From Eledone cirrhosa (Eukaryota): a stretch of DNA of 64,000 nucleotides. Shown here piece after piece: positions 1 through 15,000 of the stretch (position 1 is its first letter; each line of letters starts with the position of its first letter). The stretch is taken from the NCBI GenBank assembly GCA_964016885.1, contig OZ024745.1:248001-312000 (forward strand), read 5' to 3'. Under the pieces are notes generated by a model. The model did not search any database and was not told the origin of the DNA. It saw only the letters and a program-made list of their open reading frames with translations. The position numbers and the translations under genes are program-made.

Positions 1-3000
1 TCACTCACAGCTGAGATATACCACCTAGACTGGGGTGTAGGGTGTCACTCACAGCTGAGATATACCACCTAGACTGGGGTGTAGGGTGTCAGTCACAGCT
101 GAGATATACCACCTAGACTGGGGTATAGAGTCTATCACTCACAGCTGAGATATACCACCTAGACTGGGCTGTAGAGTCTGTCTCTCACAGCTGAGATATA
201 TCACCTAGACTGGGGTGTAGAGTCTGTCAGTCACAGCTGAGATATACCACCTAGACTGGGGTGTAGAGTCTGACACTCACAGCTGAGATATACAACCTAG
301 ACTGGGGTGTAGAGTCTGTCACTCAGAGCTGAGATATACCACCTAGACTGGAGTGTAGAGTTTGTCACTCACACCTGAGATATACCACCTAGACTGGAGT
401 GTAGAGTCTGTCACTCACAGCTGAGATATACCACCTAGACTGGGGTGTAGAGTCTGTCAGTCACAGCTGAGATATACCACCTAGACTGGGGTGTAGAGTC
501 TGTCACTCACAGCTGAGATATACCACCTAGACTGGGATGTAGAGTCTGTCACTCACAGCGGAGATATACCACCTAGACTGGGGTGTAGAGTCTGTCACTC
601 ACAGCTGAGATATACCACCTAGACTGGGGTGTAGAGTCTGTCAGTCACAGCTGAGATATACCACCTAGACTGGGGTGTAGAGTCTGTCACTCGCAGCTGA
701 GTTATACCACCTAGACTGGGATGTAGAGTCCGTCACTCACAGCTGAGGTATACCACCTAGACTGGGGTGTAGAGTCTGAGACTCACAGCTGAGATATACC
801 ACCTAGACTGGGTTTGTAGAGTCTGTCACTCATAGATGATATACCACCTAGACTGGGGTGTAGAGTCTGACACTCACAGCTGAGATATACCACCTAGACT
901 GGGATGTAGAGTCTGTCACTCACAGCTGAGATATACCACCTAGACTGGAGTGTAGAGTATGTCACTCACAGCTGAGATATACCACCTAGACTGGGGTGTA
1001 GAGTCTATCACTCACAGCTGATATACCACCTAGACTGGGGTGTAGAGTATGTCAGTCACAGCTGAGATATACCACCTAGACTGGGGTGTAGAGTCTAGCA
1101 CTCACAGATGATATACCACCTAGACTGGGGTGTAGAGTATGTCACTCACAGCTGATATACCACCTAGAATGGGGTGTAGAGTCTGTCACTCACAGCTGAG
1201 ATATACCACCTAGACTGGGGTGTAGGGTGTCACTCACAGCTGAGATATACCACCTAGACTGGGGTGTAGAGTCTGTCACTCACAGCTGAGATATACCACC
1301 TAGACTGGGGTGTAGAGTCTGTCACTCATAGATGATATACCACCTAGACTGGGATGTAGAGTCTATCACTCACAGCTGAGATATACCACCTAGACTGGGG
1401 TGTAGAGTCTGTCACTCACAGCTGAGATATACCACCTAGACTGGGGTGTAGAGTCTATCACTCACAGCTGAGATATACCACCTAGACTGGAGTGTAGAGT
1501 CTGTCACTCATAGATGATATACCACCTAGACTGGGATGTAGAGTCTGTCACTCACAGCTGAGATATACCACCTAGACTGGGGTGTAGAGTCTGTCACTCA
1601 CAGCTGAGATATACCACCTAGACTGGGTTTGTAGAGTATGTCACTCACAGATGTTATACCACCTAGACTGGGGTGTAGAGTATGTCACTCACAGATGATA
1701 TACCACCTAGACTGGGGTGTAGAGTATGTCAATCACAGCTGAGATATATCACCTAGACTCGGGTGTAGAGTCTAACACTCACAGCTGAGATATACCACCT
1801 AGACTGGGGTGTGGAGTCTGTCACTCACAGCTGAGATATACCACCTAGACTGGGGTGTAGAGTCTGTCACTCATAGATGATATACCACCTAGACTGGGGT
1901 GTAGAGTCTGTCACTCACAGCTGAGATATACCACCTAGACTGGGGTGTGGAGTATGTCACTCACAGCTGAGATATACCACCTAGACTGGGGTGTAGAGTC
2001 TGTCACTCACAGCTGAGATATACCACCTAGACTGGGGTGTAGAGTCTGTCACTCACAGCTGAGATATACCACCTAGACTGGGGTGTAGAGTCTGACACTC
2101 ACAGCTGAGATATACCACCTAGACTGGGGTGTAGAGTCAGTCACTCACGGCTGAGATATACCACCTAGACTGGGATGTAGAGTCTGTCACTCACAGCTGA
2201 GATATACCACCTAAACTGGGGTGTCGAGTCTGTCACTCACAGCTGAGATATACCACCTAGACTGGGGTGTAGAGTCTGTCACTCACAGCTGAGATATACC
2301 ACCTAGACAGGGGTGTAGAGTATGTCACTCACAGCTTAGATATACCACCTAGACTCGGGTGTAGAGTCTATCACTCACAGCTGAGATATACCACCTGGAC
2401 TGGGGTGTAGAGTCTGTCACCCATAGATGATATACCACCTATACTGGGGTGTAGAGTCTGTCACTCACAGCTGAGATATACCACCGAGACTGGGGTGTAG
2501 AGTCTGAGACTCACGGCTGAGATATACCACCTAGACTGGGTTTGTAGAGTCTGTCACTCATAGATGATATACCACCTAGACTGGGGTGTAGAGTCTGTCA
2601 CTCACAGCTGAGATATACCACCTAGACTGGGGTGTAGAGTCTGTCACTCACAGCTGAGATATACCACCTAGACTGGGGTGTAGAGTCTGAGACTCACGGC
2701 TGAGATATACCACCTAGACTGGGTTTGTAGAGTATGTCACTCACAGATGTTATACCACCTAGACTGGGGTGTAGAGTATGTCACTCACAGATGATATACC
2801 ACCTACACTGGGGTGTAGAGTATGTCAATCACAGCTGAGATATACCACCTAGACTCGGGTGTAGAGTCTAACACTCACAGCTGAGATATACCACCTAGAC
2901 TGGGGTGTGGAGTCTGTCACTCACAGCTGAGATATACCACCTAGACTGGGGTGTAGAGTCTGTCACTCACAGCTGAGATATACCACCTAGACTGGGGTGT

Positions 3001-6000
3001 GGAGTATGTCACTCACAGCTGAGATATACCACCTAGACTGGGGTGTAGAGTCTGTCACTCACAGCTGAGATATACCACCTAGACTGGGGTGTAGAGTCTG
3101 TCACTCACAGCTGAGATATACCACCTAGACTGGGGTGTAGAGTCTGACACTCACAGCTGAGATATACCACCTAGACTGGGGTGTAGAGTCAGTCACTCAC
3201 GGCTGAGATATACCACCTAGACTGGGATGTAGAGTCTGTCACTCACAGCTGAGATATACCACCTAAACTGGGGTGTAGAGTCTGTCACTCACAGCTGAGA
3301 TATACCACCTAGACTGGGATGTAGAGTCTAGCACTCACAGATGATATACCACCTAGACTGGGGTGTAGAGTCTATCAGTCACAGCTGAGATATACCACCT
3401 AGACTGGGGTGTAGAGTATGTCAGTCACAGCTGAGATATACCACCTAGACTGGGGTGTAGAGTCTAGCACTCACAGATGATATACCACCTAGACTGGGGT
3501 GTAGAGTATGTCACTCACAGCTGATATACCACCTAGAATGGGGTGTAGAGTCTGTCACTCACAGCTGAGATATACCACCTAGACTGGGGTGTAGGGTGTC
3601 ACTCACAGCTGAGATATACCACCTAGACTGGGGTGTAGGGTGTCAGTCACAGCTGAGATATACCACCTAGACTGGGGTATAGAGTCTATCACTCACAGCT
3701 GAGATATACCACCTAGACTGGGCTGTAGAGTCTGTCTCTCACAGCTGAGATATATCACCTAGACTGGGGTGTAGAGTCTGTCAGTCACAGCTGAGATATA
3801 CCACCTAGACTGGGGTGTAGAGTCTGACACTCACAGCTGAGATATACAACCTAGACTGGGGTGTAGAGTCTGTCACTCAGAGCTGAGATATACCACCTAG
3901 ACTGGAGTGTAGAGTTTGTCACTCACACCTGAGATATACCACCTAGACTGGAGTGTAGAGTCTGTCACTCACAGCTGAGATATACCACCTAGACTGGGGT
4001 GTAGAGTCTGTCACTCACAGCTGAGATATACCACCTAGACTGGGATGTAGAGTCTAGCACTCACAGATGATATACCACCTAGACTGGGGTGTAGAGTCTA
4101 TCAGTCACAGCTGAGATATACCACCTAGACTGGGGTGTAGAGTATGTCAGTCACAGCTGAGATATACCACCTAGACTGGGGTGTAGAGTCTAGCACTCAC
4201 AGATGATATACCACCTAGACTGGGGTGTAGAGTATGTCACTCACAGCTGATATACCACCTAGAATGGGGTGTAGAGTCTGTCACTCACAGCTGAGATATA
4301 CCACCTAGACTGGGGTGTAGGGTGTCACTCACAGCTGAGATATACCACCTAGACTGGGGTGTAGGGTGTCAGTCACAGCTGAGATATACCACCTAGACTG
4401 GGGTATAGAGTCTATCACTCACAGCTGAGATATACCACCTAGACTGGGCTGTAGAGTCTGTCTCTCACAGCTGAGATATATCACCTAGACTGGGGTGTAG
4501 AGTCTGTCAGTCACAGCTGAGATATACCACCTAGACTGGGGTGTAGAGTCTGACACTCACAGCTGAGATATACAACCTAGACTGGGGTGTAGAGTCTGTC
4601 ACTCAGAGCTGAGATATACCACCTAGACTGGAGTGTAGAGTTTGTCACTCACACCTGAGATATACCACCTAGACTGGAGTGTAGAGTCTGTCACTCACAG
4701 CTGAGATATACCACCTAGACTGGGGTGTAGAGTCTGTCAGTCACAGCTGAGATATACCACCTAGACTGGGGTGTAGAGTCTGTCACTCACAGCTGAGATA
4801 TACCACCTAGACTGGGATGTAGAGTCTGTCACTCACAGCGGAGATATACCACCTAGACTGGGGTGTAGAGTCTGTCACTCACAGCTGAGATATACCACCT
4901 AGACTGGGGTGTAGAGTCTGTCAGTCACAGCTGAGATATACCACCTAGACTGGGGTGTAGAGTCTGTCACTCGCAGCTGAGTTATACCACCTAGACTGGG
5001 ATGTAGAGTCCGTCACTCACAGCTGAGGTATACCACCTAGACTGGGGTGTAGAGTCTGAGACTCACAGCTGAGATATACCACCTAGACTGGGTTTGTAGA
5101 GTCTGTCACTCATAGATGATATACCACCTAGACTGGGGTGTAGAGTCTGACACTCACAGCTGAGATATACCACCTAGACTGGGATGTAGAGTCTGTCACT
5201 CACAGCTGAGATATACCACCTAGACTGGAGTGTAGAGTATGTCACTCACAGCTGAGATATACCACCTAGACTGGGGTGTAGAGTCTGTCAGTCACAGGTA
5301 AGATATACCACCTAGACTGGGGTGTAGAGTCTGTCACCCATAGATGATATACCACCTATACTGGGGTGTAGAGTCTGTCACTCACAGCTGAGATATACCA
5401 CCTAGACTGGGGTGTAGAGTCTGTCACTCACAGCTGAGATATACCACCTAGACTGGGGTGTAGAGTCTGTCACTCACAGCTGAGATATACCACCTAGACT
5501 GGGGTGTAGAGTCTATCACTCACAGCTGAGATATACCACCTAGACTGGAGTGTAGAGTCTGTCACTCATAGATGATATACCACCTAGACTGGGATGTAGA
5601 GTCTGTCACTCACAGCTGAGATATACCACCTAGACTGGGGTGTAGAGTCTGTCACTCACAGCTGAGATATACCACCTAGACTGGGTTTGTAGAGTATGTC
5701 ACTCACAGATGTTATACCACCTAGACTGGGGTGTAGAGTATGTCACTCACAGATGATATACCACCTAGACTGGGGTGTAGAGTATGTCAATCACAGCTGA
5801 GATATACCACCTAGACTCGGGTGTAGAGTCAAACACTCACAGCTGAGATATACCACCTAGACTGGGGTGTGGAGTCTGTCACTCACAGCTGAGATATACC
5901 ACCTAGACTGGGGTGTAGAGTCTGTCACTCATAGATGATATACCACCTAGACTGGGGTGTAGAGTCTGTCACTCACAGCTGAGATATACCACCTAGACTG

Positions 6001-9000
6001 GGGTGTGGAGTATGTCACTCACAGCTGAGATATACCACCTAGACTGGGGTGTAGAGTCTGTCACTCACAGCTGAGATATACCACCTAGACTGGGGTGTAG
6101 AGTCTGTCACTCACAGCTGAGATATACCACCTAGACTGGGGTGTAGAGTCTGACACTCACAGCTGAGATATACCACCTAGACTGGGGTGTAGAGTCAGTC
6201 ACTCACGGCTGAGATATACCACCTAGACTGGGATGTAGAGTCTGTCACTCACAGCTGAGATATACCACCTAAACTGGGGTGTCGAGTCTGTCACTCACAG
6301 CTGAGATATACCACCTAGACTGGGGTGTAGAGTCTGTCACTCACAGCTGAGATATACCACCTAGACAGGGGTGTAGAGTATGTCACTCACAGCTTAGATA
6401 TACCACCTAGACTCGGGTGTAGAGTCTATCACTCACAGCTGAGATATACCACCTGGACTGGGGTGTAGAGTCTGTCACCCATAGATGATATACCACCTAT
6501 ACTGGGGTGTAGAGTCTGTCACTCACAGCTGAGATATACCACCGAGACTGGGGTGTAGAGTCTGAGACTCACGGCTGAGATATACCACCTAGACTGGGTT
6601 TGTAGAGTCTGTCACTCATAGATGATATACCACCTAGACTGGGGTGTAGAGTCTGTCACTCACAGCTGAGATATACCACCTAGAGTGGGGTGTAGAGTCT
6701 GTCACTCACAGCTGAGATATACCACCTAGACTGGGGTGTAGAGTCTGAGACTCACGGCTGAGATATACCACCTAGACTGGGTTTGTAGAGTATGTCACTC
6801 ACAGATGTTATACCACCTAGACTGGGGTGTAGAGTATGTCACTCACAGATGATATACCACCTACACTGGGGTGTAGAGTATGTCAATCACAGCTGAGATA
6901 TACCACCTAGACTCGGGTGTAGAGTCTAACACTCACAGCTGAGATATACCACCTAGACTGGGGTGTGGAGTCTGTCACTCACAGCTGAGATATACCACCT
7001 AAACTGGGGTGTAGAGTCTGTCACTCACAGCTGAGATATACCACCTAGACTGGGGTGTGGAGTCTGTCACTCACAGCTGATATATACCACCTAGACTGGG
7101 GTGGAGAGTCTGTCACTCACAGCTGAGATATACCACCTAGACTGGGGTGTAGAGTCTGTCACTCACAGCTGAGATATACCACCTAGACTGGGGTGTAGAG
7201 TCTGTCACTCACAGCTGAGATATACCACCTAGACTGGGGTGTAGAGTCTGACACTCACAGCTGAGATATACCACCTAGACTGGGGTGTAGAGTCAGTCAC
7301 TCACGGCTGAGATATACCACCTAGACTGGGATGTAGAGTCTGTCACTCACAGCTGAGATATACCACCTAAACTGGGGTGTAGAGTCTGTCACTCACAGCT
7401 GAGATATACCACCTAGACTGGGATGTAGAGTCTAGCACTCACAGATGATATACCACCTAGACTGGGGTGTAGAGTCTATCAGTCACAGCTGAGATATACC
7501 ACCTAGACTGGGGTGTAGAGTATGTCAGTCACAGCTGAGATATACCACCTAGACTGGGGTGTAGAGTCTAGCACTCACAGATGATATACCACCTAGACTG
7601 GGGTGTAGAGTATGTCACTCACAGCTGATATACCACCTAGAATGGGGTGTAGAGTCTGTCACTCACAGCTGAGATATACCACCTAGACTGGGGTGTAGGG
7701 TGTCACTCACAGCTGAGATATACCACCTAGACTGGGGTGTAGGGTGTCAGTCACAGCTGAGATATACCACCTAGACTGGGGTGTAGAGTCTATCACTCAC
7801 AGCTGAGATATACCACCTAGACTGGGCTGTAGAGTCTGTCTCTCACAGCTGAGATATATCACCTAGACTGGGGTGTAGAGTCTGTCAGTCACAGCTGAGA
7901 TATACCACCTAGACTGGGGTGTAGAGTCTGACACTCACAGCTGAGATATACAACCTAGACTGGGGTGTAGAGTCTGTCACTCAGAGCTGAGATATACCAC
8001 CTAGACTGGAGTGTAGAGTTTGTCACTCACACCTGAGATATACCACCTAGACTGGAGTGTAGAGTCTGTCACTCACAGCTGAGATATACCACCTAGACTG
8101 GGGTGTAGAGTCTGTCAGTCACAGCTGAGATATACCACCTAGACTGGGGTGTAGAGTCTGTCACTCACAGCTGAGATATACCACCTAGACTGGGATGTAG
8201 AGTCTGTCACTCACAGCGGAGATATACCACCTAGACTGGGGTGTAGAGTCTGTCACTCACAGCTGAGATATACCACCTAGACTGGGGTGTAGAGTCTGTC
8301 AGTCACAGCTGAGATATACCACCTAGACTGGGGTGTAGAGTCTGTCACTCGCAGCTGAGATATACCACCTAGACTGGGATGTAGAGTCCGTCACTCACAG
8401 CTGAGATATACCACCTAGACTGGGGTGTAGAGTCTGAGACTCACAGCTGAGATATACCACCTAGACTGGGTTTGTAGAGTCTGTCACTCATAGATGATAT
8501 ACCACCTAGACTGGGGTGTAGAGTCTGTCACTCACAGCTGAGATATACCACCTAGACTGGGATGTAGAGTCTGTCACTCACAGCTGAGATATACCAGCTA
8601 GACTGGAGTGTAGAGTATGTCACTCACAGCTGAGATATACCACCTAGACTGGGGTGTAGAGTCTGTCACTCACAGCTGAGATATAGCACCTAGACTGGGG
8701 TGTAGAGTCTGACACTCACAGCTGAGATATACCACCTAGACTGGGATGTAGAGTCTGTCACTCACAGCTGAGATATACCACCTAGACTGGGGTGTAGAGT
8801 CTGTCACTCATAGATGATATACCACCTAGACTGGGATGTAGAGTCTGTCACTCACAGCTGAGATATACCACCTAGACTGGGGTGTAGAGTCTGTCACTCA
8901 TAGATGATATACCACCTAGACTGGGGTGTAGAGTCTGTCACTCACAGCTGAGATATACCACCTAGACTGGGGTGTAGAGTATGTCACTCACAGCTGAGAT

Positions 9001-12000
9001 ATACCACATAGACTGGGGTGTAGAGTCTGACACTCACAGCTGAGATATACCACCTAGACTGGGATGTAGAGTCTGTCACTCACAGCTGAGATATACCACC
9101 TAGACTGGAGTGTAGAGTATGTCACTCACAGCTGAGATATACCACCTAGACTGGGGTGTAGAGTCTGTCAGTCACAGCTAAGATATACCACCTAGACTGG
9201 GGTGTAGAGTCTGTCACTCACAGCTGAGATATACCACCTAGACTGGGGTGTAGAGTATGTCACTCACAGCTTAGATATACCACCTAGACTCGGGTGTAGA
9301 GTCTATCACTCACAGCTGAGATATACCACCTAGACTGGGGTGTAGAGTCTGTCACTCACAGCTGAGATATACCACCTAGACTGGGGTGTAGAGTCTGTCA
9401 CTCACAGCTGAGATATACCACCTAGACTGGGGTGTAGAGTCTGTCAGTCACAGCTAAGATATACCACCTAGACTGGGGTGTAGAGTCTGTCACTCACAGC
9501 TGAGATATACCACCTAGACTGGGGTGTAGAGTATGTCACTCACAGCTGAGATATACCACCTAGACTGGGGTGTAGAGTCTGTCACTCACAGCTGAGATAT
9601 ACCACCTAGACTGGGGTGTAGAGTCTGTCAGTCACAGCTAAGATATACCACCTAGACTGGGGTGTAGAGTCTGTCACTCACAGCTGAGATATACCACCTA
9701 GACTGGGGTGTAGAGTATGTCACTCACAGCTGAGATATACCACCTAGACTGGGGTGTAGAGTATGTCACTCACAGCTGAGATATACCACCTAGACTGGGG
9801 TGTAGAGTCTGTCACTCACAGCTGAGATATACCACCTAGACTGGGGTGTAGAGTCTGTCAGTCACAGCTAAGATATACCACCTAGACTGGGGTGTAGAGT
9901 CTGTCACTCACAGCTGAGATATACCACCTAGACTGGGGTGTAGAGTCTGTCACTCACAGCTGAGATATACCACCTAGACTGGGGTGTAGAGTATGTCACT
10001 CACAGCTTAGATATACCACCTAGACTCGGGTGTAGAGTCTATCACTCACAGCTGAGATATACCACCTAGACTGGGGTGTAGAGTATGTCACTCACAGCTT
10101 AGATATACCACCTAGACTCGGGTGTAGAGTCTATCACTCACAGCTGAGATATACCACCTAGACTGGGGTGTAGAGTATGTCACTCACAGCTGAAATATAC
10201 CACCTAGACTGGGGTGTAGAGTCTGTCACTCACAGCTGAGATATACCACCTAGACTGGGGTGTAGAGTCTGTCACTCACAGCTGAGATATACCACCTAGA
10301 CTGGGGTGTAGAGTCTGTCACTCACAGCTGAGATATACCACCTAGACTGGGGTGTAGAGTCTGTCACTCACAGCTGAGATATACCACCTAGACTGGGGTG
10401 TAGAGTCTGTCACTCACAGCTGAGATATACCACCTAGACTGGGGTGTAGAGTCTGTCACTCACAGCTGAGATATACCACCTAGACTGGGGTGTAGAGTCT
10501 GTCACTCACAGCTGAGATATACCACCTAGACTGGGGTGTAGAGTCTGTCACTCACAGCTGAGATATACCACCTAGACTGGGGTGTAGTGTCTGTCACTCA
10601 CAGCTGAGATATACCACCTAGACTGGGGTGTAGAGTATGTCACTCACAGCTTAGATATACCACCTAGACTCGGGTGTAGAGTCTATCACTCACAGCTGAG
10701 ATATACCACCTAGACTGGGGTGTAGAGTATGTCACTCACAGCTGAAATATACCACCTAGACTGGGGTGTAGAGTCTGTCACTCACAGCTGAGATATACCA
10801 CCTAGACTGGGGTGTAGAGTCTGTCACTCACAGCTGAGATATACCACCTAGACTGGGGTGTAGAGTCTGTCACTCACAGCTGAGATATACCACCTAAACT
10901 GGGGTGTAGAGTCTGTCACTCACAGCTGAGATATACCACCTAGACTGGGGTGTAGAGTCTGTCACTCACAGCTGAGATATACCACCTAGACTGGGGTGTA
11001 GAGTCTGTCACTCACAGCTGAGATATACCACCTAGACTGGGATGTAGAGTCTGTCACTCACAGCTGAGATATACCACCTAGACTGGAGTGTAGAGTCTCA
11101 CTCACAGCTGAGATATACCACCTAGACTGGGATGTAGAGTCTGTCACTCACAGCTGAGATATACCACCTAGACTGGGGTGTAGAGTCTGTCACTCACAGC
11201 TGAGATATACCACCTAGACTGGGGTGTAGAGTCTGTCACTCACAGCTGAGATATACCACCTAGACTGGGGTGTAGAGTCTGTCACTCACAGCTGAGATAT
11301 ACCACCTAGACTGGGGTGTAGTGTCTGTCACTCACAGCTGAGATATACCACCTAGACAGGAGTGTAGAGTATGTCACTCACAGCTGAGATATAAGACCTA
11401 GACTGGGGTGTAGAGTATGTCACTCACAGCTGAGATATACCACCTAGACTGGGGTGTAGAGTCTGTCACCCATAGATGATATACCACCTATACTGGGGTG
11501 TAGAGTCTGTCACTCACAGCTGAGATATACCACCTAGACTGGGGTGTAGAGTCTGTCACTCACAGCTGAGATATACCACCTAGACTGGGGTGTAGAGTCT
11601 GTCACTCACAGCTGAGATATACCACCTAGACTGGGGTGTAGAGTCTGTCACCCATAGATGATATACCACCTATACTGGGGTGTAGAGTCTGTCACTCACA
11701 GCTGAGATATACCACCTATACTGGGGTGTAGAGTCTGTCACCCATAGATGATATACCACCTATACTGGGGTGTAGAGTCTGTCACTCACAGCTGAGATAT
11801 ACCACCTAGACTGGGGTGTAGAGTATGTCAGTCACAGCTGAGATATACCACCTAGACTGGGTTGTAGAGTCTGTCAGTCACAGCTGAGATATACCACCTA
11901 GACTGGGGTGTAGAGTCTGTCACTCACAGCTGAGATATACCACCTAGACTGGGGTGTAGAGTCTGTCACTCATAGATGATATACCACCTAGACTGGAGTG

Positions 12001-15000
12001 TAGAGTCTGTCACTCACAGCTGAGATATACCACCTAGACTGGGGTGTAGAGTATGTCAATCACAGCTGAGATATACCACCTAGACTGGGGTGTGGAGTCT
12101 GTCACTCACAGCTGAGATATAGCACCTAGACTGGGGTGTAGAGTCTGACACTCACAGCTGAGATATACCACCTAGACTGGGGTGTAGAGTCTGTGACTCA
12201 CAGCTGAGATATACCACCTAGACTGGGTTTGTAGAGTCTGTCACTCATAGATGATATACCACCTAGACTGGGGTGTAGAGTCTGTCACTCACAGCTGAGA
12301 TATACCACCTAGACTGGGGTGTAGAGTATGTCAGTCACAGCTGAGATATACCACCTAGACTGGGTTGTAGAGTCTGTCAGTCACAGCTGAGACATACCAC
12401 CTAGACTGGAGTGTAGAGTATGTCACTCACAGATGATATACCACCTAGACTGGGGTGTAGAGTCTGTCACTCACAGCTGAGATATATCACCTAGACTGGG
12501 TTGTAGAGTCTGTCACTCACAGATGATATACCACCTAGACTGGGGTGTAGAGTATGTCACTCACAGCTGATATACCACCTAGACTGGGGTGTAGAGTATG
12601 TCACTCACAGCTGAGATATACCACCTAGACTGGGGTGTAGAGTCTAGCACTCACAGATGATATACCACCCAGACTGGGGTGTAGAGTATGTCACTCACAG
12701 CTGATATACCACCTAGACTGGGGTGTAGAGTCTGTCACTCACAGCTGAGATATATCACCTAGACTGGAGTGTAGAGTCTGTCACTCACAGCTGAGATATA
12801 CCACCTAGACTGGGGTGTGGAGTCTATCACTCACAGCTGAGATATACCACCCAGACTCGGGTGTAGAGTCTGTCACTCACAGCTGAGATATACCACCTAG
12901 ACTGGGGTGTAGAGTCTGTCTCTCACAGCTGAGGTATACCACCTAGACTGGGGTGTAGAGTCTGTCTTTCACAGCTGAGGTGTAGAGTCTATCACTCACA
13001 GCTGAGATATACCACCTAGACTGGGGTGTAGAGTCTGTCACTCATAGATGATATACCACCTAGACTGGGGTGTAGAGTCTGTCACTCACAGCTGAGATAT
13101 ACCACCTAGACTGGGGTGTGGAGTATGTCACTCACAGCTGAGATATACCACCTAGACTGGGGTGTAGAGTCTGTCACTCACAGCTGAGATATACCACCTA
13201 GACTGGGGTGTAGAGTCTGTCACTCACAGCTGAGATATACCACCTAGACTGGGGTGTAGAGTCTGACACTCACAGCTGAGATATACCACCTAGACTGGGG
13301 TGTAGAGTCAGTCACTCACAGCTGAGATATACCACCTAGACTGGGATGTAGAGTCTGTCACTCACACCTGAGATATACCACCTAAACTGGGGTGTAGAGT
13401 CTGTCACTCACAGCTGAGATATACCACCTAGACTGGGGTGTAGAGTCTGTCACTCACAGCTGAGATATACCACCTAGACTGGGGTGTAGAGTCTGAGACT
13501 CACGGCTGAGATATACCACCTAGACTAGGTTTGTAGAGTATGTCACTCACAGATGATATACCACCTAGACTGGGGTGTAGAGTATGTCACTCACAGATGA
13601 TATACCACCTAGACTGGGGTGTAGAGTATGTCAATCACAGCTGAGATATACCACCTAGACTCGGATGTAGAGTCTGACACTCACAGCTGAGATATACCAC
13701 CTAGACTGGGGTGTAGAGTCTGACACTCACAGCTGATATACCACCTAGACTGGGGTGTAGAGTATGTCACTCACAGCTGAGATATACCACCTAGACTGGG
13801 GTGTAGAGTCTGACACTCACAGCTGAGATATACCACCTAGACTGGGGTGTAGAGTCTGAGACTCACAGATGATATACCACCTAGACTAGGGTGTAGAGTA
13901 TGTCACTCACAGCTGATATACCACCTAGACTGGGGTGTAGAGTCTGTCACTCACAGCTGAGATATATCACCTAGACTGGGTTGTAGAGTCTGTCACTCAC
14001 AGATGATATACCACCTAGACTAGGGTGTAGAGTATGTCACTCACAGCTGATATACCACCTAGACTGGGGTGTAGAGTATGTCACTCACAGCTGAGATATA
14101 CCACCTAGACTGGGGTGTAGAGTCTAGCACTCACAGATGATATACCACCCAGACTGGGGTGTAGAGTATGTCACTCACAGCTGATATACCACCTAGACTG
14201 GGGTGTAGAGTCTGTCACTCACAGCTGAGATATATCACCTAGACTGGAGTGTAGAGTCTGTCACTCACAGCTGAGATATACCACCTAGACTGGGGTGTGG
14301 AGTCTATCACTCACAGCTGAGATATACCACCTAGACTGGGGTGTAGAGTCTGTCTCTCACAGCTGAGGTATACCACCTAGACTGGGGTGTAGAGTCTGTC
14401 TTTCACAGCTGAGGTGTAGAGTCTATCACTCACAGCTGAGATATACCACCTAGACTGGGGTGTAGAGTCTGTCACTCACAACTGAGATATACCACCTAGA
14501 CTGGGGTGTAGAGTCTGTCACTCACAGCTGAGATATACCACCTAGACTGGGGTGTAGAGTCTGTCACTCACAGCTGATATATACCACCTAGACTGGGGTG
14601 GAGAGTCTGTCACTCACAGCTGAGATATACCACCTAGACTGGGGTGTAGAGTCTGAGACTCACAGCTGAGATATACCACCTAGACTGGGTTTGTAGAGTC
14701 TGTCACTCATAGATGATATACCACCTAGACTGGGGTGTAGAGTCTGTCACTCACAGCTGAGATATACCACCTAGACTGGGGTGTGGAGTCTGTCACTCAC
14801 AGCTGAGATATACTACCTAGACTGGGGTGTAGAGTATGTCACTCACAGCTGAGATATACCACCTAGACTGGGGTGTAGAGTATGTCACTCACAGCTGATA
14901 TACCACCTAGACTGGGGTGTACAGTCTGTCACTCACAGCTGAGATATACCACCTAGACTGGGGAGTAGAGTCTGTCACTCACAGCTGAGATATACCACCT

